From contig JBMNLI010000016.1 in assembly GCA_050952645.1 (NCBI GenBank), positions 1 through 56,392 on the forward strand: a stretch of 56,392 bases of DNA, read 5' to 3'. Position numbers and translations under genes: made by a program. This DNA is from Bdellovibrionota bacterium (GTDB lineage: Bacteria; Bdellovibrionota_C; UBA2361; CAKMMH01). Shown in pieces: positions 9,481-19,257 of the stretch. Below the pieces are notes generated by a model. It saw only the letters and a program-made list of their open reading frames with translations, searched no databases and was not told where the DNA came from. The stretch's first letter is position 1. Every line of letters starts with the position of its first letter.

Positions 9481-11532
9481 ATGGAAAAAAATCAAACGTC
9501 TTTAATGATTGAGAGCAACTATAATATTATAAATATAGGAGATTTCGTATCTTATGAGCAAAATAGTAAAAACTATTTAGCAAAGGTTATGAATTTTAAA
9601 AATAATAAATTTATAGTATTAAATAATGTTCAAAAAGAAATAGAGATTCAAGCACAAAGATTATACAAACTCCCTTTTCCTAAAAACAAAGAATTAAGTC
9701 TTGAAGAACTTTATAAAATTTCAGTAGAAAATTCTAAAAATATTAATCTAGAAGAAATTTGGGAATTAATTCACAGCGATTATACCAAAATAACTGAAAG
9801 AGAATTAACTAAGCTCTATTATGGAAGCGATGAACTTGAAAATCATTTTGCTTTAAGACTTTCTCTAATAAACGATAAGATTTATTTTAAGCGCCTAAAA
9901 GATGGCTTTGAGCCAAGAAAAGATAGTAGCATTCAAGAATTAAAAAAGGCAGCCCTAGCGGAAGAAAGGAAAAAATATATATCGAATTTAACTACACAAT
10001 TTTTTTATGAGCGAGTAGTAAATAAAAATATTATCGAAGCCCCGAAAGAAATTCAAAACCAACTTAGAATTCTTTCAGAGTACGCATCTAATAAAGAGGG
10101 GTTTTCAAATAATGAGTTAAAGGAACTAAAAAATTTAATCACAGACATTAACTCTGCATGCAAGTTTGACACTCCGAACACCTCTCCTAAGCAAGCATTC
10201 TTTTTATTAAGGCAAGCAGATATTTTTTCTAAACATGAAAACGTTTTCTTCTATAAATACTCATACCCTAAAGAATTCTCAGAAGCTGCGAAAGATAGCA
10301 TAAAAGAGGTGCAAAATCTCACGTTTGAAGACAGCACTAGAGAAGACTTAACACACTTAGATGCGTTTTCGGTAGATGATATAACTACAAAAAACATAGA
10401 TGATGCTATTTCAATAGTAAGAAAACAAAATGGCAATTATCTTATAGGAATACACATTACCGATTTAAGTGATACCATTTTAGAAGATAGCGTTTTGTAT
10501 AAGAGTGCATTAGATAGGGGGACATCAATATTTCTTCCTGAAAAAACTTACGATATGTTTCCAGATACCATTTCTAATGATACATTAAGTTTAGTAAAAG
10601 GAGAAAAACGTTTTTCTTTAAGTTTACTTTTAGAGGTAGATGATAAGTTTAATATTATCGAAAATAGATTTACTCGCTCGACGATAGTCGTTAAAACACG
10701 AATGACTTATGAAGAGTTAGACAATATTTTAGAAACTACTAACGATGAAAAGCTTTTATTTTTAAATTCTTTTATTTCAGAATGTGAGTTAAAACGTATT
10801 CAAGCTGGTGCTTTCTCTATTACTAAAAAAGATGTTTCAATAAAACTCGATGAAAAATTTAACGTTTCATTAGTAGAAAACGATGCGCAATCGCCTGCTC
10901 AAAACATTATAGGCGAGCTTATGATTTTGTATAATTTTTATTTTTCTAATTTTGCAAAGGAAAATAATATTCCAATATATTTTAGGGGACAAGGAAAACC
11001 TGCGGAACTTAGCGAGGACATCTACAATATGCCAGATGGTCCCGTTAAAAACTATTTAATACGCTCAAATATGGCTCCATCGGAAACTTTAACCGTGGCT
11101 ACCCCACATTCTGGCATAGGTTTATCTTCTTATACTCAAGCCACTTCTCCATTAAGACGAATGATGGATTTAATAAATCAAAAAATGATCACCACATTTT
11201 TGAAAACTAAAACTATTTTGTTTTCTAGTGAAGAACTTTTAAAAACACTTGCTCTGCTAGATGAGCCTTTAAAAACTGCAAACCAGATAATGAGAGAAAC
11301 TAAGCGTTATTGGCTAATAGAATATCTAAGACAAAGAAAGGCAACGAACGATATTATTTATGGCACTGTGCTTCGAGTCGATATGAGGTTTCCATTAGTA
11401 GAGATTGAAGAGGTTTATATGAATTACGTAGTAAAGGCCCAAAACCCATTAGCGGTAGGAGATAGAGTAAAATTAAAAATAAGCAACGCAAACCCGAGAG
11501 AAGATATGCTAAGCTTAGAGGTTATAGATTAA
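9481..11532 (+). CDS. RNB-domain exoribonuclease (RNase II/R family)
   Basis: FSVDDITTKNIDDAISI, GIHITD, HSGIGLSSYTQATSPLRRMMDL. Confidence 0.9.
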   Translation: MEKNQTSLMIESNYNIINIGDFVSYEQNSKNYLAKVMNFKNNKFIVLNNVQKEIEIQAQRLYKLPFPKNKELSLEELYKISVENSKNINLEEIWELIHSDYTKITERELTKLYYGSDELENHFALRLSLINDKIYFKRLKDGFEPRKDSSIQELKKAALAEERKKYISNLTTQFFYERVVNKNIIEAPKEIQNQLRILSEYASNKEGFSNNELKELKNLITDINSACKFDTPNTSPKQAFFLLRQADIFSKHENVFFYKYSYPKEFSEAAKDSIKEVQNLTFEDSTREDLTHLDAFSVDDITTKNIDDAISIVRKQNGNYLIGIHITDLSDTILEDSVLYKSALDRGTSIFLPEKTYDMFPDTISNDTLSLVKGEKRFSLSLLLEVDDKFNIIENRFTRSTIVVKTRMTYEELDNILETTNDEKLLFLNSFISECELKRIQAGAFSITKKDVSIKLDEKFNVSLVENDAQSPAQNIIGELMILYNFYFSNFAKENNIPIYFRGQGKPAELSEDIYNMPDGPVKNYLIRSNMAPSETLTVATPHSGIGLSSYTQATSPLRRMMDLINQKMITTFLKTKTILFSSEELLKTLALLDEPLKTANQIMRETKRYWLIEYLRQRKATNDIIYGTVLRVDMRFPLVEIEEVYMNYVVKAQNPLAVGDRVKLKISNANPREDMLSLEVID

Positions 11533-11603
11533 AACCCTAGCTGTTATGCAGAACTATTATATAAAACTAATATATACAAAACTATGAGCTAAAAAAATAA
11601 GTA

Positions 11604-12314
11604 ATGAAAACAGATATTTCAAAAAAACAGATAATTGGAATTACGGGAGAAATCGGCTCTGGAAAATCTTATATTTCAAATATTATAAAAAAGATTTGTG
11701 ATAAAAAAGGCATTTTGTGCCACACTCTAGAGTTTGACCACATAGGGCATGAAATTTTAGGAACGCTTGAAGCTGCTTATTATAAGGAGATAAGAAAAAA
11801 GCTTATAGAAACTTTTGGAAATAGCATAAGAAAAGATAATGATTTTATAGATAGAAGAGAGCTAAGCAAAATAGTTTTTAAAGATAAGAAAGCTTTAGAG
11901 ACATTAAATAAAATAATGAGAGAGCCACTTATAAAAAGGCTTAATGAGCTTATAGAAAATTTAAACGGGCTTATTTTAATCATCGGAGCACTTATTATAG
12001 ATTTTGATCTCCCTTGGCTTTGTGATAATAATATTATTTTAGTAGAAACATCAAAGGAACTTCAGCAAGAAAGGCTTTTAGAAAGGAATTTAACGAAAGA
12101 GGAAATAGAGAAACGAAAAGACTCACAGCTAAGCAATAAAGAAAAATATAATAAAATGTTAAAAATTATTAAAAAAGATGGCTTTGGGAAAATAGTAAAT
12201 TTTAAAAATAATAATGCTAGTGAAAGTGAGATTGAGGAGTTATTAAGCGAAATATTAAAAAAAGAAGAAAGCAGAGGGAGAGAAGAGAGAGAGAAGAAGA
12301 GAGAGAAGCCCTAA
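11604..12314 (+). CDS. coaE: Dephospho-CoA kinase
   Basis: IIGITGEIGSGKS P-loop, DHIGHEI, IDRRELSKIVF, RLLER...SQLS. Confidence 0.88.
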   Translation: MKTDISKKQIIGITGEIGSGKSYISNIIKKICDKKGILCHTLEFDHIGHEILGTLEAAYYKEIRKKLIETFGNSIRKDNDFIDRRELSKIVFKDKKALETLNKIMREPLIKRLNELIENLNGLILIIGALIIDFDLPWLCDNNIILVETSKELQQERLLERNLTKEEIEKRKDSQLSNKEKYNKMLKIIKKDGFGKIVNFKNNNASESEIEELLSEILKKEESRGREEREKKREKP

Positions 12315-13030
12315 CTCGTAAAACATTCTAAAAAAGCAATGCCTGTTAAGAAATCTTGCAAGGGACTTGAGTTAAGATAAAGCATCGCAACGTATGCATC
12401 ATTGTAATTATCAAAACATATAAAATAACTCGTATCATCTACCATCACAGGTTTTTTATTAGTCGTATACAACAATGAAAATAAAGGCGTTTTGTAAAAT
12501 CCACTAACTCCTACTTTAAATAATGAATATGAATAATCACCAACACCAAACATAGAAAAGTCTGGAGCATTTTTGTAAATTAAACTTTTACGATTCCTAA
12601 ATAATTCAATGTTTTTATACAAATATTCCCAAGCTTTCGGCATACTAAATGAAATATAATTAGTATCTTCTTTTAATTTTTTTTGAGTGACTATTACATA
12701 TTTTGAAAAATCTTTTATAACCGCTCTCTTAAACATACTACTTTTTACTAGTGGATAAAGAATTTCATTTTCAACTTGAACATTTTCATTAAATCCATTT
12801 ATAAATTTTCCATTCTCAAAAGAAAGCTCCATTATCTTTGCACAATCATGTTTTATGCCTTGTCTCCATTCAAAACAACAATCGCCATCAAAATCTTTTG
12901 TAAAACTACTTAAATTACTATAAAATAAATTTTCCCTATAACCAAATGATGATAAAAGTTTAAAATTATCTAATGAATAAATATCACATTTCTTAGGGGC
13001 AATTTTTGTTTTATTTAATTTTATTAACTT
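12311..13030 (-). pseudogene. Internal fragment of a DNA methyltransferase (restriction-modification remnant)
   Basis: The frame is open upstream of the called ATG (..FDGDCCFEWRQGIKHDCAKIMEL..YPLVKSS..FSMFGVGDYSYSLFKVGVSGFYK..PVMVDDTSYF). This resembles the C-terminal half of adenine DNA methyltransferases; no SAM-binding or NPP motifs and no proper start. Confidence 0.65.
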
Positions 13031-13090
13031 TAAAATTAAAACTAACTATAGGTTATAATATGCTAAAAAAAGCAAAACGACAACTAGCAT

Positions 13091-13969
13091 CTAACTAAAC
13101 TTTCCATCACTCTCCTTAAAAACCTTTAATACTCTTGGAAGCTTTGCTAAATCATTTATAAATTCATAATTTTTAAAATTAGTATTTTCCTTTAAAAACT
13201 TTTCTATCTCTTCTTTTTGGTTATAGCCAAACTCACAAAGAAAAATTCCGCCATCATTTAAAAAACTAGAAACATTAGTAAGTAAAAATTTTATATCTGC
13301 TAGGCCATCTTCTTTTGAATAGATAGCCTCAGCGGGTTCATGCGTAAGATTAGGAAAATTTTTTTTATCCGTCCCTTTTACGTAAGGAGGATTAGATACG
13401 ATACAATCAAACTTTTCATTTATATTTTCAAACCAATCACTTTCCTTAAATTGAATTTGCGATTTTACCTTATTATTTGTAGCATTTCTTCTAGCAATTT
13501 TTATAGCACTAAAACTCTTATCTACGGCTACTACCTTAAATTTTGCTTCGCTATACTTAAATAAGTTTGCTAACGCTATCGCTATGCACCCACTACCTGT
13601 TCCTAAATCTAATAAAGAAAAATCGCTTTTAAATTTTAAAAAGTTATACGCCTCTTCAACTAGCATTTCAGTTTCAGGGCGAGGAATAAGCACCGATCTG
13701 TCGACATAAAAATTAAGTCCATAAAACTCTTTATTATGTGTTGTGTATTCTAAAGGATACCCCTTTTCACGCTTCTTAATAAAACTACTTAGCTTACTAA
13801 CTAATTCATCGGGAATTTTCTCATCAGGATTTTTTATAAAATATATCCTATCTTTTTTAGTTAAAAACTCTATTAGTATCTCAATCTCCCTTTCAGGGAT
13901 ACTAGAAACATTTTTTAGCGTCTCTTTAAACTCTAAAACAAGATCTTTATACGTAAAACTCATAAACAC
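13091..13969 (-). CDS. prmC: Release factor glutamine methyltransferase
   Basis: VLIPRPETEMLVE, LDLGTGSGCIAIALA, IVSNPPY. Confidence 0.95.
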   Translation of the reverse strand: MFMSFTYKDLVLEFKETLKNVSSIPEREIEILIEFLTKKDRIYFIKNPDEKIPDELVSKLSSFIKKREKGYPLEYTTHNKEFYGLNFYVDRSVLIPRPETEMLVEEAYNFLKFKSDFSLLDLGTGSGCIAIALANLFKYSEAKFKVVAVDKSFSAIKIARRNATNNKVKSQIQFKESDWFENINEKFDCIVSNPPYVKGTDKKNFPNLTHEPAEAIYSKEDGLADIKFLLTNVSSFLNDGGIFLCEFGYNQKEEIEKFLKENTNFKNYEFINDLAKLPRVLKVFKESDGKFS

Positions 13970-13982
13970 CTAATAAAAACTT

Positions 13983-16361
13983 TTACCATCTTCTCCAAGA
14001 TTTAGTAAAAAAATCAGAAATTTTTTCATTATTAGTTTCTGCTATTTTCCCTTCGCTTTTTAAACGCAAGTTTTTTTCATGTGCTTTTATATCATCTTTC
14101 TTTAATGAAAATATTGTAAGCGTAGGATTGTGAAAAGCATTAGTCCCTGATGAAGCTTTAATTTCATTTATAATAGGAATATTTATAAAAACCTCTCTAA
14201 AATGCTGCCTTAAAGCTTTATCAGCAGGCTGAGAAAAATATCTATCATAAAACAAACTTGAAAGAACTAAATAATCGTACTCAGACCTTTTAAGTGCAGG
14301 CACATGAAGCTTTGGTATAATCTTAGCTCTTAATATATATTGAATATTATAATCTTCTTCATTTAAATAAGGCCCATATCTCTTCCAATCTATGCAAACC
14401 GTAGAGCCTTTAGGGATATTCTCGTTTATCCAAGTTGCCATAAGCTCTCTAGTGTCGGGGTTAAGGTCTCTTGCTAACTCTACGCTTCTATTTAATGGAA
14501 AAAATAAAGCCACTATAAAAAGAATATAAGATGTTATAGCGTATTTAGATTTGCCAAGAACTCTAATAAACTCGGCACCAGCGAGAGCTAGAAAAGGAAT
14601 ACAAGGCAAAATATACCTATCAGGTTGAGGGGCAGGCTTTGATTTTACGTATTCTATCGGAATATAAAAAAATAAAATTAGACCTACTAAATATAAATCG
14701 CTCATTCGCTTTCTTTTAAGCAAAAAACCTAAACCTAAAAGCGCTAGTGCAGTGAAAATATAGCCAAAGTTTGGAACGATACTCTCACGCAAATGGTACA
14801 TCCAATATTCACTATTTGCAGTAACAACGATCGTATGACCTCTAGTTGCATGATTTCTTTCGGAATTAAAATCCGCTGAAAATTTTTCAAAGTTTAAAAC
14901 CGAATACGGCGTAAAGGCAATAAAAGTAATGGGAACTAGCAAAACGACTAAGAAAAAGTATTTTAAATATCTCCCATTTGGCTTTAGTGAAAAAGTTTTA
15001 TTAGCAAAAAATGGAGCTGAGAATAAAATGCCAATACTTAAAAGCCCTGTGTATTTAGTAGCGCAAGCTAGACCTGCCATTACAGCCGCTAGAAAATAAT
15101 ATTTCATCTTATCTTCTTTTACAGATTTTATAACGAAAGCTACCGTTAAAAGAAGAAAGCAAACTAGCAGAGCATCTTCTTTTAAATACCTACTACAAGT
15201 AATATGAAGCGGAGAAAGCGCTAAGAAGATAGCTGCCATTAAACCTGTCATTCTAGTAAAAAGTTTTTTACCAATATAATAAACTGCATAAATAGAAACC
15301 ATGCCAGCAAAAAAACTTACAAACCTACCACCTAAACAAGTAATCTCTCTAAAGTCTCCTGCAAATAGATTTAACGCTCTAAATATAGCGCTCATTAAAT
15401 ACGTCGAATAGAGAAGCAAAGATGGGTGTAAAAAATAATCAGGGTCGAAAGGATGCGGTGCGCCTTGCAAGAACTTAGCGTGCATTCTTTCTATGGCGTT
15501 AACTTTCGGAACTTCATCTGGATGAAAATTAAAAGGAAGCCCAAAGTCGATATCGTAAAGCCTTATTAGTGCGCCACCTATAAGAACTAAAATCATCGAA
15601 AGTGTATAAAATATATTTTTATTATTATTACTTTCTTCATCGACATAAGAATATTTATTATTTTTAAGTAGTGTATTATATAAGGCTACCCCAGATAAAA
15701 ACCAAAAAAGAAAAGTACTAAGTGAATACATTTTTCTTAAATCAAAATTATCTACATTGTAAAATAAGATAAGTAGCAATATTGGAGTTATAAAAGAAGC
15801 GTAAAATGAAAAATTATAAAACAATGCGTAATAAGAAACTAGAGTAATTAGAAAAACGAAAATAGTAGAAATAGCCACATATTTATAATCTACAAAAACT
15901 GCTTTCGCTCTAGAGGTTATATTTGCACTTATTAGTTGCGCCCCGATTTGTCTACTATCAGTGTTAGATGCCCTTAACGGATTTAAAACCTTAAAAGAAA
16001 CTACTCTTGGCTCACAGCTTCCATCTAGAGATAGAGTTTTTATATCATCGCTTTCTACCACAAATCTTCCTACCTCTTTTCCGCATACTTTAACGACTAG
16101 CCCAGCGCTACTTCCATCAGGACGCCAAGGATTAAACTTTAATTCTAGCCTATTTAGCTTAGGTGAAAGATTGCTAAGCTCTATTCTAGATAAGTTAGTT
16201 ATCCAACCATCACCACTAATGTTTTGCAGCTCTCCCTCTGAGGATCTTGGCATTATGAAACTATGATAAGAAAAAGATAGTCCGTAAATTGAAACTACAA
16301 AAGAAACTATTAGTAATATAATTATATTTATAAAATTAAGTTTTCTACTGATATTAACCAT
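13983..16361 (-). CDS. Membrane glycosyltransferase, GT39/ArnT-PMT-like
   Basis: RLYDIDFGLP..HPDE, multiple TM helices, GLACATKY, DRYILP. Confidence 0.8.
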   Translation of the reverse strand: MVNISRKLNFINIIILLIVSFVVSIYGLSFSYHSFIMPRSSEGELQNISGDGWITNLSRIELSNLSPKLNRLELKFNPWRPDGSSAGLVVKVCGKEVGRFVVESDDIKTLSLDGSCEPRVVSFKVLNPLRASNTDSRQIGAQLISANITSRAKAVFVDYKYVAISTIFVFLITLVSYYALFYNFSFYASFITPILLLILFYNVDNFDLRKMYSLSTFLFWFLSGVALYNTLLKNNKYSYVDEESNNNKNIFYTLSMILVLIGGALIRLYDIDFGLPFNFHPDEVPKVNAIERMHAKFLQGAPHPFDPDYFLHPSLLLYSTYLMSAIFRALNLFAGDFREITCLGGRFVSFFAGMVSIYAVYYIGKKLFTRMTGLMAAIFLALSPLHITCSRYLKEDALLVCFLLLTVAFVIKSVKEDKMKYYFLAAVMAGLACATKYTGLLSIGILFSAPFFANKTFSLKPNGRYLKYFFLVVLLVPITFIAFTPYSVLNFEKFSADFNSERNHATRGHTIVVTANSEYWMYHLRESIVPNFGYIFTALALLGLGFLLKRKRMSDLYLVGLILFFYIPIEYVKSKPAPQPDRYILPCIPFLALAGAEFIRVLGKSKYAITSYILFIVALFFPLNRSVELARDLNPDTRELMATWINENIPKGSTVCIDWKRYGPYLNEEDYNIQYILRAKIIPKLHVPALKRSEYDYLVLSSLFYDRYFSQPADKALRQHFREVFINIPIINEIKASSGTNAFHNPTLTIFSLKKDDIKAHEKNLRLKSEGKIAETNNEKISDFFTKSWRRW

Positions 16362-16444
16362 AATTTAGTCCTTTACTTATTTTAATTTTTTTTACTCGTT
16401 TTGCATTTTACTTACATCTTACTTTTTATTATTTATTTTATTAT

Positions 16445-18346
16445 TTATTTTTTATTTATAGCTTCGCTCTTGTTTTTATCGTTATTAACTTCATTATTAT
16501 CATTAGTCTTATCATTAGTCTTATCATTAGTTTTAAGATATTCTTTTAAAGCTTTCATATCTACTAGTGCCATAAACTTATCTTTAAATGGCATAAATGG
16601 ATATTTCTCGATATCTACCTCTACTGGAAGTTCTCTATACGCAAACTCATTCCACGGTCTATTAGATATCTCTTTAACAAATTCTCTAAAAGGAGCAGTA
16701 TATCCTGCCCCTTTATTTTCATAAGAGTAAGGCTTACTAGGGTCTCCATATCCAAGTTTATTAGGATAAAACATTGCTCTTTCAAAAATAAAGTAATCGA
16801 TATTATAAGGCTCTAAAATTTCCACAAGCTCTTTTAACGTTTTTGCGTAAGTAGCTCTTAAAGAGATCTCTAAACGCTTTTCAACCTCTTTGTAAAATTT
16901 TGGATAAAAGGGATGTGCCATTTCAGTGCTTATAAAAACTTTTCTAATTCCCAAAAGTGGCACAGGGTCTACGGCGGTTGGGTGTCCTCCTATAAGTGCA
17001 TCTTTAGGAGTATTATCTCTTATCCACTCATACACGTGTCCTTTTTTATACAAGTGCCAATTAAAGTTTGCATCACCTGAAAGACCGTCTCCAGATGAAA
17101 GATAAACAAAGGTGCCAATTAAAATATAAACGATTAAACAGCCACATGAGCCTTTAAGCCCAGCGCCTTGCACCCATCTATTAGAATTGTTTTCAGTATC
17201 TTCTTTTCCATTACCAAAGGCACGCCAAATAGCGATGCTATAAAATAGAAAGAAAAAGAAAGCCATCGGAAATTGCAAGTGTCTATCGGGGACGTAAAGT
17301 TTAAATGCAAATTGTCTAGATAGCAAATAGACTATCCATATCGAAATAAAATAAGTAGTATATTCTAATGGAAAGAATTTTTTTCTTCTAGCTAGACCTA
17401 CTAAAGATATTAAAATAATTGAAATAAAAATTGTTGATATAATCTTACCTCTTAAAAATCTTGGAGGTTTATGAAATCTTCCGTAGAAAGCTTGAAGTGC
17501 AAAAGTTTTTAGCTCTTTTTCAATTTTTAACAAAGGTACGAATGGAAAGCGTCCGCCATTATTTCTATCGAATGCAGGCATTTTCTCTGCTTCTTCAAGC
17601 GTTACCATATCGCCTAAGTAATCGGGTTTTTTTATAACGTTATACGTTAATATGATATAAAAAGGAGATAATAAGAGTAAGGCTAAAAGTATTTTTTGGT
17701 ATCGCACTTTATTTTTACCGAAAATGCTTTTAATTACGATAAACATACCGTAAGCGACTGCGATCATAAAAGTTGCAGGTGGGTGTAAAAGAGCGCCTAC
17801 TAAGAATAAAACGAAAATTCCTTTATGATATCCTTTTGCTATAAGAAAAAAATAGCAGGTAAAAACAACTGGTGCCCAACCACGAGGAAGCCCAGCTGTG
17901 ATGCGTTGAACGATATATCTAGTATGCAAAAACCAAGTAATTGCTAAAAAGGCTGGAGCAGTGCCTGCAAAATGTTTAACCGCTAAAAATAAGAATAAAC
18001 ACGATAAAAATATTTGTATAAACATTACGTAATGACCAGCTAAAATCGGATCGCCTACTAAGTAAGTTATAACGTAAGTAATTCCCCAATGAATAGGGGC
18101 TAGGTAGCCTTTCATTACATCTGTAAGAACGTCTCCTTTAAAAATATCAGGGTAGCGGATTTCATGAAATGGGAATGTCTGCTGAAAGGCATCATCTGTG
18201 GTATATGCTCTATTAAATAAGAATTCTGATAAGTCGTTATAAAGAATTACACAATAAAAAACAAATAGCAAAAAAGCTAATATGGTAGTTATCGGAAAAT
18301 TAGATTTAAAAATCTTTTTTATAAAATTAACCTTTGAATCTTTCAT
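16445..18346 (-). CDS. Polytopic membrane protein, possibly GT-C fold glycosyltransferase
   Basis: 633 aa, many TM segments, DD after the first TM (TTDDAFQQ), WIRDNTPKDA C-terminal domain; co-oriented with the GT39 gene. Confidence 0.55.
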   Translation of the reverse strand: MKDSKVNFIKKIFKSNFPITTILAFLLFVFYCVILYNDLSEFLFNRAYTTDDAFQQTFPFHEIRYPDIFKGDVLTDVMKGYLAPIHWGITYVITYLVGDPILAGHYVMFIQIFLSCLFLFLAVKHFAGTAPAFLAITWFLHTRYIVQRITAGLPRGWAPVVFTCYFFLIAKGYHKGIFVLFLVGALLHPPATFMIAVAYGMFIVIKSIFGKNKVRYQKILLALLLLSPFYIILTYNVIKKPDYLGDMVTLEEAEKMPAFDRNNGGRFPFVPLLKIEKELKTFALQAFYGRFHKPPRFLRGKIISTIFISIILISLVGLARRKKFFPLEYTTYFISIWIVYLLSRQFAFKLYVPDRHLQFPMAFFFFLFYSIAIWRAFGNGKEDTENNSNRWVQGAGLKGSCGCLIVYILIGTFVYLSSGDGLSGDANFNWHLYKKGHVYEWIRDNTPKDALIGGHPTAVDPVPLLGIRKVFISTEMAHPFYPKFYKEVEKRLEISLRATYAKTLKELVEILEPYNIDYFIFERAMFYPNKLGYGDPSKPYSYENKGAGYTAPFREFVKEISNRPWNEFAYRELPVEVDIEKYPFMPFKDKFMALVDMKALKEYLKTNDKTNDKTNDNNEVNNDKNKSEAINKK

Positions 18347-18590
18347 AATTTTAATCTTTCTTAATGCGTAGTATTAAACTAATAAAATCAATGTAAAAAA
18401 TATCAAATAAATATTAAATAAATAATGTCAAATAAATAATATCAAACAAACAAAGAAACGCTTTTAAAATATAAATTTTTTAGCTATATGTTATTAAAAA
18501 GCCTCTTTTATTCTAACTAAGTATTTGATAAAATAAAAGAGTTTTAATTTAAAGTGTTTTAAATAAATCAAAAATATAACAAAAATAAGA

Positions 18591-19190
18591 ATGAAAAGTG
18601 CAAAAATATCAAGAACTATAACAGGAACTATAACTAAAACAAGGGAAGCTAAAAGACTAACTTTCTTGCTTTTATTCTTATTTTCGCTAGCAACCATCTT
18701 AACATTTTCTGCTTGTGGAAGTAGCGATGATGATGATGATAGTGAGTATGTAGGTTCTGCGATAATAGACACTAAAGTTAGACCAAGCACTATCGATACG
18801 AGCGATAGAGTTCAAGTGGCTATCGATATATATCAAATTCATGAAAATGGGATTTTATTAAAAGTGCGTTTTGAAAAAGCGTTGCAATACGTTCCTAATT
18901 CTTCATTTATTACGGCAAAGCAAGACAATATGAGAGAAGAGTTGATACCTCTTTTCGTTGATGACGACCCAAAATATACGTATTTAATCTTCTTTTTATC
19001 TCGCTCTCAATTTGGTGAAGCTAACGAGGGGAAGGTCTTTTTTGAGTTAAAGGGCATTAGAGCTCAAAAAGACGTAAAGTTAGAGGTAGACCCAGATGTA
19101 GACGACCCGAATATTCCAAACGATGTCGAGTTTAGTATTCATAAACCTGAATTTACAGCAGATACCGTTTCTTATATAACGATAAGATAG
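18591..19190 (+). CDS. Putative lipoprotein
   Basis: Hydrophobic stretch then FSAC lipobox followed by GSSDDDDD. Confidence 0.7.
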   Translation: MKSAKISRTITGTITKTREAKRLTFLLLFLFSLATILTFSACGSSDDDDDSEYVGSAIIDTKVRPSTIDTSDRVQVAIDIYQIHENGILLKVRFEKALQYVPNSSFITAKQDNMREELIPLFVDDDPKYTYLIFFLSRSQFGEANEGKVFFELKGIRAQKDVKLEVDPDVDDPNIPNDVEFSIHKPEFTADTVSYITIR

Positions 19191-19257
19191 AGAAAGTAAA
19201 GAAAAAGAAAAAGGAAGTAAGGAAAAAGAAAGAAATAAAAAATTTATTAAATATCTC

